From contig OZ024741.1 of the NCBI GenBank assembly GCA_964016885.1, positions 51,708,001 through 51,772,000 of the forward strand: a stretch of DNA of 64,000 nucleotides. The letters are read 5' to 3'. A model generated the notes under the pieces. The model searched no databases. It had not been told where the DNA came from and worked only from the letters and a program-made list of their open reading frames with translations. Below are positions 1 through 11,680 of the stretch, piece after piece. A program made the translations under genes and the position numbers. Each line of letters opens with the position of its first letter. Position 1 is the stretch's first letter. Source of the DNA: Eledone cirrhosa. Its lineage: Eukaryota.

Positions 1-2850
1 TACTGCACACATTTTATATATAATATATCCCCGGACTTATATCCACAACAGAGAAAATAGTATTATGAAGTACTGCACACATTTTATATATAATATATCC
101 CAGGACTTATATAGACAACAGAGAAAATAGTATCATGAAGTACTGCACACATTTTATATATAATATATCCCAGGACTTATATAGACAACAGAGAAAATAG
201 TATTATGAAGTACTGCACACATTTTATATATAATATATCCCAGGACTTATATAGACAACAGAGAAAATAGTATTATGAAGTACTGCACACATTTTATATA
301 TAATATATCCCAGGACTTATATACATAACAGAGAAAATAGTATTATGAAGTACTGCACACATTTTATATATAATATATCCCAGGACTTATATCCACAACA
401 GAGAAAATAGTATTATGAAGTACTGCACACATTTTATATATAATATATCCCAGGACTTATATACCAACAGAGAAAATAGTATTATCAAGTAATGTACACA
501 TTTTATATATAATATATCCCGGGACTTATATACACAACAGAGAAAATAATATTATGAAGTACTGCACACAATATATATATAATATATCCCAGGACCCATA
601 TAGACAACAGAGAAAATAGTATTATGGATTACCGCACACATTTTATATATAATATATCCCAGGTCTTATATACACAACAGAGAAAATAGTATTATGAAGT
701 ACTTCACACGTTTTATATATAATATATCCCAGGTCTTATATACACAACAGAGAAAATAGTATTATGAAGTACTGCACACAATATATATATAATATATCCC
801 AGGTCTTATATACACAACAGAGAAAATAATATTATGAAGTACTGCACACGTTTTATATATAATATATCCCAGGACTTATATACACAACAGAGAAAACAGT
901 ATTATGAAGTACTGCACACATTTTATATATAATATATCCCAGGTCTTATATACACAACAGAGAAAATAATATTATGGTGTACTACACACATTTTATATAT
1001 AATATATCCCAGGACTTATATACCAACAGAGAAAATAGTATTATGAAGTACTGCACACATTTTATATATAATATATCCCCAGACTTATATACACAACAGA
1101 GAAAATAGTATTATGAAGTACTGCACACATTTTATATATAATATATCCCAGGACTTATATACACTGCAGAGCAAATAGTATTATGAGATATTACACACAT
1201 TTTATATATAATATATCCCAGGACTTATATAGACAACAGAGAAATAGTATTATGAAGTACTGCACACATTTTACATATAATATATCCCACGTCTTATATA
1301 CACAGCAGAGAGAATAATATTATGGTGTACTACACACATTTTATATATAATATATCCCAGGACTTATATACCAACAGAGAAAATAGTATTATGAAGTACT
1401 GCACACATTTTATATATAATATATCCCGGGACTTATATACACAACAGAGAAAATAATATTATGAAGTACTGCACTCATTTTATATATAATATATCCTAGG
1501 ACTTATATACACAACAGAGAAAATAGTATTATGAAGTACTGCACACATTTTATATATAATATTTCCCAGGACTTATATACACAACAGAGAAAATAGTATT
1601 ATGAAGTCCTGCACACATTATATCTATAATGTATCCCAGGACTTATATACCAACATAAAAATAGTATTATGAAGTACTACACACATTTTATATATAATAT
1701 ATCCCAGGACATATATACACAACAGAGAAAATAGTATTATGAAGTACTGCTCACAATATATATATATAATATATCCCAGGACATATATACACAACAGAGA
1801 AAATAGTATTATGGAATACCGCACACATTTTATATTTAATATATCCCAGCTCTTATATACACAACAGAGAAAATAATATTATGAAGTACTGCACACATTT
1901 TATATATAATATATCCCAGGTCTTATATACACAACAGAGAAAATAATATTATGAAGTACTGCACACATTTTATATATAATATATCCCAGGTCTTATATAC
2001 ACAACAGAGAAAATAGTATTATGAAGTACTACACACATTTTATATATAATACATCCCAGGACTTATATAGACACCAGAGAAAATAGTATTATGAAGTACT
2101 GCACACATTTTATATATAATATATCCACGGACTTATATACACAACAGAGAAAATAGTATTATGAAGTACTGCACACATTTTATATATAATATATCCCAGG
2201 ACTTATATACATAACAGAAAATAATATTATGAAGTACTGCACACATTTTATATATAATATATCCCGGGACTTATATACACAACAGAGAAAATAATATTAT
2301 GAAGTACTGCACACATTTTATATATAATATATCCCAGGACTTATATACATAACAGAAAATAATATTATGAAGTATTGCACACATTTTATATATAATATAT
2401 CCCAGGACTTATATACATAACAGAAAATAATATTATGAAGTACTGCACACATTTTATATATAATATATCCCAGGACTTATATACACAACAGAGAAAATAG
2501 TATTATGAATTATTGCACACATTTTATATATAATATATCCCAGGTCTTATATACATAACAGAGAAAATAATATTATGGTGTACTACACACATTTTATATA
2601 TAATATATCCCAGGACTTATATACACAACAGAGTAAATAGTATTATGAAGTACTGCACACATTTTATATATAATATATCCCAGGACTTATATACACAACA
2701 GAGAAAATAATATTATGAAGTACAGCACACATTTTATATATAATATATCCCAGGACTTATATACACAACAGAGAAAATAGTATTATGAAGTACTGCACAC
2801 ATTTTATACATAATATATCCCAGCACTATGAGGTACTGCACACATTTTAT
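1..2850. repeat. 70-bp AT-rich minisatellite, about 40 copies, truncated by window start (intronic)
   Basis: Unit TACTGCACACATTTTATATATAATATATCCCAGGACTTATATACACAACAGAGAAAATAGTATTATGAAG recurs at 1, 71, 141, 211... Confidence 0.97.
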
Positions 2851-3055
2851 ATACAGAAAATTGCATTACTGGGAACTGCATAGATATTGCATTTTGCACC
2901 ATGATGTATCATCATCATCATCATCATCACCGTTTTACGACCATTCTTCCACGCTAGCATGAGTTAGACGGTGTATATACACAACATAAGAAACAGTACT
3001 ACTGGGAACTGAACACATAACACCAAGTGTTCAACACTTATATACACTTCTTCTC

Positions 3056-3097
<42 letters not shown>

Positions 3098-3100
<3 letters not shown>

Positions 3101-3505
3101 ACACATTGGACCTGACCTGGTGGTTTTTGTCAAAGAAAAAAGATCATGCCTGATTGTGAATGTAGCCTGCCCATTCGACACAAGAGTGCAACAGAAGGAG
3201 AGGGAGAAAATTAACCGATACCAGGACTTAAAGTTGGAGGTAAAAAGGATTTGGGACTACCATGAAGTCAAAGTGGTCCCGCTTGTCATAGGCGCACTAT
3301 GTACTATCTCAAAAAGTTTCCAGGGATGGTTAAAGAAAATTGGCCCCGCCAAGCTTTTTGGAATGCTTCAAAAGGCATGCTTGCTGGAACAGCAAGCACC
3401 CTCCGATACATCCTGAATATCTCAGGCTGCAGGTAGTGGCTTGATATTCATTTCAACAAACTTTCCAGTTAACTAACATCAATGACTGGGACTCAAAGAA
3501 CAATA
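3098..3505 (+). mobile_element. R4/Dong-like non-LTR retrotransposon 3' fragment (restriction-like endonuclease) next to (AAT)n
   Basis: PDLVV...CLIVNVACPFD...EKINRYQDL...VVPLVIGALxT...LQKACLL is the PD-(D/E)xK RLE domain; preceded by (AAT)n. Confidence 0.85.
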
Positions 3506-3897
3506 ATAATGAAATTATTGTGTACAGTGCTCAGGTGCAGTACAACTCATCAAAGGTGCACATATAGTACATAGAATAATATACAAATGTCAGGGAAGTG
3601 AATAGTGTATGAGTCATGATATACATGTATGCATATTTATGGAGGGGGAATATTAGGTGTAGTTTTGGCGAATCTCAGGAAGCATGGAGGTTTTAAAGGA
3701 TGCAGTGTCTCGACAGCTAACAACCGATGCAGGTAGTTTGTTCCATGTTTCAAGCAACTCTGAGCGTGAAAAAATGTTTCTGAAAGTCATGGGAACTGTG
3801 CTTTTTTCTGACTTTGTAGGCATGCCCACGTGTGTTAGACACATGGAGATCAAAAGGTGCTCAGGTTTGTTGTTGGCAAGATGGTTAATAAGGTCAT
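3503..3897 (-). mobile_element. CR1-type LINE 3' end
   Basis: Reverse complement matches 35220-35600 (INHLANN...WNKLPASVVSCRDTASFKTSMLPEIRQNYT, 3' UTR, (ATT)n tail). Confidence 0.9.
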
Positions 3898-3949
3898 TGT
3901 AGTTGTCGCCATTGTCGTCGTTGTTGCCCCCCTCCTCCTCCTCCTCCTC

Positions 3950-4150
3950 CTCATTCTTCTTCTTCTTCTTCTTCTTCTTCTTCTTCTTCTTCGCCCACAT
4001 GTTCTTAAGAGGTTTGTGGGAGCAGAGTCCTCAAACACTTTTTCCAGCAGCAGGTCCTGTCAGAAGCAACCGTCTCCAGCTGATCCAGCTGGATCCCCAA
4101 GTGAGACCAGCCAAGCCCATGAGTGTTATCCAACCAACTTGTCCAGGAGC
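3950..4150 (-). mobile_element. RTE-like LINE extreme 3' end with (GAA)n tail
   Basis: Minus strand WITLMGLAGLTWGSSWI...; (CTT)n on plus strand; homologous to 24640-24780. Confidence 0.6.
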
Positions 4151-4392
4151 ACTACTGAGCCCTACACAGATATTACACAGAATGTACCATAACTTACACA
4201 TATAAAACATACAGAAAATTGATCTACTAGACACTGCACATGAATAGAGCTGCACTGATCTATGCATTGAAAGTATGTAATACAATAACTAACAAAATTA
4301 CTGAAACAACAACAACAGCATTATGGAAGGGTGTGATGGAGGAGGAAGGTACGGAGAGAAAAATTGTATTGTAAAAAATAGAAGGAACTTAC

Positions 4393-4499
4393 ATGAGTCA
4401 CAATTTATGGTGGGTGAAGACCGAAGGAAATGGAGACATGTGATGTGGAGATGAAGGTAAGTATCATTGGGTGGTACCATGATTGGGAAACATTCTGTC
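4393..4499 (-). CDS. Heme peroxidase exon 7 (TECFPIMVPPNDTY...TCLHFLRSSPTINCDS); gene continues beyond left edge
   Basis: ttcctattatacag|G ACA GAA TGT...TCA T|gtaagtt; 107 nt, phase 2 to 1; conserved CFPI..P.xD....C..F.RS motif. Confidence 0.93.
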
Positions 4500-4628
4500 C
4501 TGTATAATAGGAAAGCATGGAAAATAGATGTTGAACAGTGGTGATGATGGTGATTATATATAATAAATATATATATGTAATAAATAAAAAATAAATATAT
4601 ATATATAATGAATACACACACACACACT

Positions 4629-5280
4629 CACACTGTAAAGTGGTCGTGATGGCGACATGACAAAAAGTGCCCAGTTCACACTGTAAAGTGGTTGTGTAGG
4701 GTATCACATCAAAAAGCACCCTGTCCACACTGTAAAGTCGTTATGTAGGTATCAAGGCAAAAAGCACCCTGTCCACACTGTAAATTAGTTGTGCTTGGCA
4801 AAAGTGCCGAGCCCACACTTTAAAGTGGTCGTATAGGTATCATGTCAAAAAGCACCCAGCCCACACTGTAAAGCGGTCGTGTAGGTGTCATGACAAAAAA
4901 GCACCCAGCCCACACTGTAAAGTGGTCGTGTAGGTATTCATGACAAAAAGCACCCAGCCCACACTGTAAAGTGGTCGTGTATGTATCATGACAAAAGCAC
5001 CCAGCCCACACTGTAAAGTGGTCGTGTATGTATCATGACAAAAGCACCCTGTCCTCGCTATAAAGTGGTTGTGTATGTGCCACAACAAAAAGAACCCAGT
5101 ACTCACTGTAAATGAGGTTGGCAATAGGAAGGGCATCTAGCTGTAGAAATCAAGCCCAAATCGGTTCTGTGTGAGCATGACATGGTCACTTGACCTAGCA
5201 TTGCTCACAACAGGATAACTTGTCTAACCCATGCCAGGGTGGAAAAATTGATGTTAAACTGTGATGATGATGATGATGAT
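4629..5280 (+). repeat. SINE/RTE-tail element with about 10 tandem copies of a ~48-bp internal unit, ending in (GAT)n
   Basis: Unit CACACTGTAAAGTGGTCGTGTAGGTATCATGACAAAAAGCACCCAGCC is repeated over 4629-5110, followed by the SINE 3' body also seen at 8000-8130 and 29400-29550. Confidence 0.85.
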
Positions 5281-5289
5281 ATATATATA

Positions 5290-5370
5290 CAGGTTGTCAC
5301 AAAAAATGTATACATACACACTTTGATTAGAATGCTATTGAAGTGTATGTACATTTTTTGGGACAGCCTG
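5290..5370. mobile_element. Tiny Tc1/mariner-type MITE (81 bp)
   Basis: TA|CAGGTTGTCACAAAAAATGTA...TACATTTTTTGGGACAGCCTG|TA: terminal inverted repeats and TA flanks. Confidence 0.75.
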
Positions 5371-5742
5371 TATATATATATTTATGAATTCAAAAAAGAT
5401 GCGAGAAAAACCACAAACCCTCCATCTTAATTCTACTTTTGAAAAGCATAAGAACTGTGAAACCAGTAAACAAATAAATATTCTTAAAAAGACTCCAGTT
5501 GTATTTTCGATTTCTTTTCCTTATATATATATATATACTTTGTCCAGTAACCTGCATCCATGCATGATCTGTGGATTTGCTTCCAAATCCTTGGCAAGAC
5601 TATCATATTCGACATAAACATCCAAACTGAATAAACTAAAATAGATGGTGTATAAAATAGATAGTGTGTAAATTAAACCCAAATAAAGCTTAAATAAGTA
5701 AATCTGTCAGATTACAGGAAAAAAGTGCAATACTTAACTTAC

Positions 5743-5785
5743 ATATTTTTGTTTTCAGGTTTGCAGCAGTTCAGCTTATTAGGAC
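5743..5785 (-). CDS. Heme peroxidase exon 6, small exon (G-PNKLNCCKPENKN-M)
   Basis: tttcacaag|GT CCT...AAT AT|gtaagtt; 43 nt, phase 1 to 2. Supplies the CC motif expected between HD and CFPI in invertebrate peroxidases. Confidence 0.85.
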
Positions 5786-5798
5786 CTTGTGAAACAGA

Positions 5799-5841
<43 letters not shown>

Positions 5842-5854
5842 CATATATATGTAT

Positions 5855-6415
5855 ATATAAATAAAAGATCGGAGGTCATATTCAGTTGATTCAGGTTTAT
5901 TTAAAACTCCATTATACATGTTTCACTGAGGACTATCAGTTAAGACAGCCTGAGCTCTTCAGACGGCAAAACCTAAAATAAACATTGAAAGTTCCTAAGA
6001 AACCTTTAAGTTTGGAAAATTCCAATAATTTCCCTAATAAAGATTTTCTTTTCATGATAGAGGGGGCCGTCCGAATGCTTGGTGTTGTTTCCATCATGAA
6101 ACGAAAATCTTTTTTTGGGAAATTATTGGAATTTTCCAAACTTAGATGTTTCTTAGGAACTTTCAATGTTTATTTTAGGTTTTGCTGTCTGAAGAGCTCA
6201 GGCTATCTTAACTGATAGTCCTCAGTGAAATATGTATAATGGAGTTTTAAATAAACCTGAATCAACTGAATATGGCCTCCGATCTTGTATTAATATATAA
6301 TGCTCCAACTGGCACCATTTATACAGTTCGTTGATCCACTTCTCTTTATCTGCTTCACAACCGACAAACCATAATGTGGTCTGCACATATTTGTTCAGTT
6401 AACCCCATACTCTAA
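5855..6415. mobile_element. Palindromic element (two ~200-bp inverted arms, ~35-nt spacer, unique right extension), probable Penelope-like pLTR remnant
   Basis: About 5860-6058 is the near-exact reverse complement of about 6093-6295 (mirror ORFs 5936-6166 and 5985-6215); (TA)n on both sides; CTGAAGA...GAAA core in each arm. Confidence 0.75.
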
Positions 6416-6454
6416 TATATATATACATAAATATATATATATAAATATATATAT

Positions 6455-6495
<41 letters not shown>

Positions 6496-7023
6496 TATAG
6501 TCCTGAACGTTTGAATTTTAGGGATTGCCACAAAGATAATACCTTCAATAATCAACTTTCCATGACTATTGAAAGAGTACCACCAAATTCAGTGCCTAAT
6601 CAAGTGATGACCCTTAGCCCATCAAATTATAATTTAAATTTGAGCCACTTTTTCTACATAAAACTGAAGGACACTATGACACTCCCAATTTTTAGTGCTA
6701 AATTACTAAAAATTTCAATGCCTGGTCATGTGATCTTCCTCAACCTATCAAATTATACTTTAAAACATATAGCAATCTGAGTCATATTTTTAGCAAAAAA
6801 CTGAAAAAAACTCCCCAAATCAATTAGATGTGAGTTACAAGTTGGCATAGCCACACATATCTCCTTCTTTCTTAACTTTTGAAAATCATGAAACTTGTGA
6901 AACCAATAAAGTTATAAATTATTGTAAATAAGCCTTCATAAAGACTCCAGTTGCATTTTCAACTTCTTTTTCCTATATTTTTACCCATGTGGAAAATACT
7001 TTAAAAAACCTTACTTTCGAATA

Positions 7024-7057
<34 letters not shown>

Positions 7058-7060
<3 letters not shown>

Positions 7061-7196
7061 AACAAGTAAGACCCCGTCGAAACGGCTTGAGCTCAGCTGT
7101 CGGGGTCTTACTTGTTCCTATTACTCACTCTACTACCCTAAGTATTGAGTACTTTGGTGCGTTATGGTCCACCTGGTTCCTTACCACATTTCCTTC

Positions 7197-7200
<4 letters not shown>
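7058..7200 (+). repeat. (TA)n-embedded hairpin element, copy 1 (palindrome internally deleted)
   Basis: Reverse complement of 8200-8391 except for a 50-nt deletion in the palindrome. Confidence 0.85.
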
Positions 7201-7233
<33 letters not shown>

Positions 7234-7784
7234 AATTAAGTTAAAAATGTACATCTACATATGCATACTGAAATACTAGTGTGTATATGAATACACACAC
7301 GTATACATATGTAGGTGTACCAAGTCTTTCGCTGGTCGCTTTACAGTGAGCGGCCCAGCTATTCTGTATGTAAACACACAGACAAACCGGTTTTTAGAGT
7401 CATACTGGTTTTTCGGGGGAACACCTTCCCCCTATTCTCCAGAAAGCCAGACAAGGAATATTGAACTAGTTTCGTTGTTGTTACAACTCATCAGCAATAT
7501 TTACCTATCTACCGGCCTTTCTGGAGAATTGTAAAAGCACATATCGTTATATGCTTTTTCTATGAAAATTAGTAGTGGGCAGACTAATTTGCATAGAGTG
7601 TGAGTACGCACCGGTTCAGCGGAGACGATAAAAACAAATAACGAAACGAAATTAAATTTCGTTTCGTTTGTAACTCATATATATATATATATCTATATCT
7701 ATATATATATCTATATATATATCTATCTATCTATATATATATATATATATAACGAAGGAAATATATATATATATATATATATAT

Positions 7785-8130
7785 GGAAGCACATGACTCA
7801 ATGGTTAGAGCATTGGCCTTGCAATCGAAAGGGTGTGAGTTCAATTCTCAGACTGGGTGATGTGTTGTTTCCTTGAGCAAGACACTTTATTTCACATTGC
7901 TCCAGTTTACTCAGCTGTAGAAATGAGATGATAGGGACTGGGGTCCATATCATTCCACTGCAAAGTGGTCGTGGAGGTGCCACGGCAAAAAAAAAAGCAC
8001 CCAGCACTCACTGTAAATGAGGTTGGCGTTAGGAAGGGCATCCAGCTGTAGAAATCAAGTCAGAATCAGTTCCCGTCCCACCCTTGCTAGCAGGGAAAAG
8101 CGGACGTAAAATGAAATGATGATGAATGAA
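7785..8130 (+). mobile_element. tRNA-derived CORE-type SINE with RTE-derived 3' tail
   Basis: A box (TGACTCAATGG) and B box (GAGTTCAATTC); CORE-like TTCCTTGAGCAAGACACTT; tail CCCACCCTTGCTAGCAGGGAAAAGCGGACGTAAAATGA shared with RTE 17760-17810. Confidence 0.88.
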
Positions 8131-8135
8131 ATGAT

Positions 8136-8199
<64 letters not shown>

Positions 8200-8201
<2 letters not shown>

Positions 8202-8388
8202 CGAAGGAAATGTGGTAAGGAACCAGGTGGACCATAACGCACCAAAGTATTCAATACTTAGGGTAGTAGAGTGGGTAATAGGAACAAGTAAGACCCCGAC
8301 GGCTGAGCTCAAGCCGTTTCGACGGCTAATTCTGTACAGAATTAGCCGTCGAAACGGCTTGAGCTCAGCCATCGGGGTCTTACATGTT

Positions 8389-8391
<3 letters not shown>
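8200..8391 (-). repeat. (TA)n-embedded hairpin element, copy 2, with ~112-bp near-perfect palindrome
   Basis: 8280-8391 AGGAACAAGTAAGACCCCGA...AATTCTGTACAGAATT...TCGGGGTCTTACATGTTCCT is self-complementary. Confidence 0.88.
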
Positions 8392-8425
<34 letters not shown>

Positions 8426-8429
<4 letters not shown>

Positions 8430-8870
8430 AATGATGTGCTCATGTGCTGATGCGATAAAATAGCTTATAAAACAGGAGAAAAGAAATTGTCATTGGCTGC
8501 TATGAGGAATGTAATCCCATATCTACCAGATACCGAATATGCGCTTTACACCATTAAGCCACAATATTTTTTACTGTGATGTTTATTGACATATAAAGCT
8601 GTGATTCAGCTATCTAATTTAAGACAGTAAAAGTAGTCACAGTCCCTTGGCTTAGTGGTCTAAAGCACCTAGCCAGTATTTGGAAGATATGGGGGTTCGA
8701 TTCCTCATAACAGCCGATGGCAATTTCTGTTACTGTCTTTAAAAGGTTTTCACTCTATTTTATAAGTTATTTTATAGCATCCCCATGCATGAGCACATCA
8801 GTCTTTATATCAACTTTATCTTCTCAGCATTTTGTGAGAGTTCAAGAGATCAGCCACGTATACATGATAT
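8426..8870. mobile_element. Head-to-head inverted pair of a tRNA-headed repeat, flanked by (TA)n
   Basis: Right copy has A box TGGCTTAGTGG (~8648) and B box GGTTCGATTCC (~8694); 8426-8580 is a diverged reverse complement of 8637-8807. Confidence 0.75.
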
Positions 8871-9479
8871 ATATATATGTATGTAAAAGATAAACAGTAT
8901 ATGGAAGGAATATATTAAGTTAACGCTTGACATAGCAAGAAGAGGGTCTTAATGTTTCGGATGCTATATATATATAAACTTTAGAAAATTAACAAAGAAA
9001 GGACAAGACAATGGAAGGAAACAAAACTAAACGAAAAACAAGTTTTTAAGGGGAAACCTTAAAATATTATTAAAAAAAAAATACAAAGGAAAGACACAGA
9101 ACTCCATGGTCATCGACCGTTGAGATGGACTTTGGCAATTTCGACTCCTACAGTACTGCTAGTTCACCCGGGGTCTTAGCATCTGGCATAAGTCAAATGC
9201 TGTCCAGTGAAGTAAGAGATGAGAGACAAAACATCAATTTATAGCAATTAAGCTAAGTACACATATAATTTTGTGTGATGGCAGGGAAAAAGTGTGGTGC
9301 CTCATATATATATATATATATATATAGATGAGATGTTAATATTCTTGGCAGTACTGTTCTGCTAGAGAACAGGTCACAAGTAGTGGATCAATATGCCCAT
9401 CACATACAGTGGTTAGTTGTGATACAAGTGGGCTCTTGCTGGATAAATAAGTAACTTTTGGCCAAACACCAGTAATCTA

Positions 9480-11560
9480 CTAGGGATGATAGAGCTATGG
9501 GTGACACAGTTGGCTCTCAGGAAAACTCTCACAACCCAGCAATGTTGTTATAGCAAGGCAAATAAAGCCCACCTCTAAAAAAGCCTAGTCTTTGTAGGTC
9601 TCAGAAACTTACCAACTTGGTGATATGCATGAAAAAGACCATCAAAAACTGATCAGTTTGCATTGTCTTTCATGCAAGGTAAAGAGGACATGTTTGGGCC
9701 TTAGGTAGAAGAATTCATTGAAAAAATATGTTGCAGTTTCTATCCAATGTTGAAAAGACTGACAATAAGCTTGCAACCTGTCCTGGGAAGTGTGGGATGC
9801 ACAAAGGTTGCATATCCAGGAACTCCAATGAGGGTCCAGAAGGGAGAACATATTAACAATTGGTAACTGGAACATTACAGTCCTTACAGATAAAGAACAG
9901 GAACTAATGGAGGAGGCTAGATACTATTGGCTAGATATAGTTGGAGTTTCCTCAACAAAGTTCTATGGCTCTGATACTGTAGAGTTGGATGGAGGATGGA
10001 AACCCTACTATTCAGGTGTGGTGCTAGAAATGACTGCATAGGCAGGACTTGGCATATTCACCAGCCCCCAGCTCTCAGAATGTTTTATGGACTGGATCCC
10101 ATTAAGAGGGAGGATTTGTCTCTTGAAGCTTAGGCTGAAAGATAGGTCTCTGTGGATGGTGCAAGTTTATGCACCAAACAGAGAGTCCGAATACAGATCC
10201 TTCCTTGATGAGGCCACTGCAACATTAGATGTAGTTAAGACTGTGTCATATATCCTAATGGGAGAATTCAGTGCACATGTTGACACTGACCACCTGACCT
10301 GGAAAAGAGTGATTTGAAGGAATGGCAATCCCAATCTAAATACGAATGGAGAGGCCTTATTAGACTTCTATTCTAGCAATGGAATCTCTATTATGAACAC
10401 CTTCATCCAGCACAAAGACATCCATAGATATACATGGTATCAGGGGAATCAAGGATAGAGATCAATAATTGGTTTTGTTATCATCTCTGATCTCTTTGAT
10501 TCTGTGCTGAATGTTCGTGTTAAGAGAGGGGCTGAGCTGTCATCTGGTCACCATCTAGTTGTCAGCAACTTGAGACTACCTAAAGCCAAAGAAGGCCACA
10601 GGTCCAGATCGACCTACAGGATAAAGTGGGAAGCCCTAGCAGATTAGCAAGTCAGGACTAGGTATGCAGATACTATTGTATTAAAATTCAAAGAACATCC
10701 TGAAGACATTGAAATAGAGTGGAGACTGTTCAGCTTGGCAGTTACAACTTCAGCTGTTAAATGGCGTGAAGAAAGCAACTCTGTATAGCATCAGGTAGCA
10801 GGAGGACTCATGGTTTAATCTGAAGGTTAAATGCCATTCAAGCAAAGAAGGAGTCTTACAAGCTTGGCTTAGAAATAAATCTTCATGGTATAAGCAGACA
10901 CTAAAAGTCTCTGCAAAGACAGTAATGGCATCCAAGTTTAAGACATGGTAGTACTTTGGGTTAATCTGAAATTTAACTTTAGATCAGCAAATAAATTATT
11001 ATGAACAATCATCCACTGACTTTGTAATACGTCTCCCTCCATGCCTGCTATCAGGAACTCATCTGGGGGTACTTTCTGAAGGGAGGTGTATCCTTGTGAG
11101 GTGGAGAGAACACTCAAATCCAGTCACAATGTCTTTTGATGAACATGTGATACACTTAAGTGCAAAAGCTAACCTCATGGAAATGGAAATCACTATAGCA
11201 ATGAAAGTACTCGAATGTGGCAAGGCCTCTGGGGAGGATGAAATTCAACCTTAAATGTTAAAAGCCTTAAATAGAGAATGTATGCTTTGGCTGATTTGTT
11301 TGTGCTGGGTAGCCTGGATCTCTGGAAAGGTACCAAAACAATGGCAATCAGGAGTGATAATCCCAATTTTCCAAATTAGCGACAAAAGAGATTGCTATTC
11401 CCGGTGTTTGGAAAAGAGATGTAGGGATATTGTCAATTTCAAACTAACTGAAAAATAGTGTGGTTTTTTTCCTGGATGTAGCACAGCTGACCAAATATTC
11501 ATTCTGCAGCAGGTTTTCAAGAAATCGTGGGAGTATTTCCATGGAATTTATTGTGAAAAC
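9480..11560 (+). pseudogene. Decayed RTE-clade LINE: APE endonuclease to start of RT
   Basis: TIGNWNI..., VQVYAPN, ILMGEFSAHV, IMNTF.QHK, GKASGEDEI, VPKQWQSGVIIPIF; multiple stops and frameshifts. Confidence 0.85.
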
Positions 11561-11680
11561 ATTTCAACTTCTTTACCTGAGATACCATTATCTGTAATGT
11601 AACTATAATCTCAGTGACAATACCACAACAGAAGGAATATAAACACATGGTAATTTTAACCAAAGAATTGCTAATAAATA

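Noticed and set aside
1-2850. CRISPR-like array for the 70-bp, 23-bp, 41-bp or 58-bp repeats
   Set aside because: Units are contiguous with no unique spacers, there are no cas genes, and the context is eukaryotic.
3653-4205. Poly-K/E/L/R ORFs here and at 24370-24828, 21399-22610, 29929-30378, 35807-36409
   Set aside because: Translations of microsatellites, low-complexity DNA or antisense LINE sequence.
2850-4390. Next peroxidase exon (REQxN...TSxxD)
   Set aside because: No such motif found by eye; it presumably lies left of the window.
8280-8391. Hammerhead ribozyme in the 112-bp palindrome (CGAAAC present)
   Set aside because: No CUGANGA box or NUH site in a workable arrangement.
8641-8716. 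Functional tRNA gene (also heads at 7785, 27940, 29221)
   Set aside because: A/B boxes are present but I could not form an acceptor stem or full cloverleaf; these continue into repeat bodies and are SINE-type heads.
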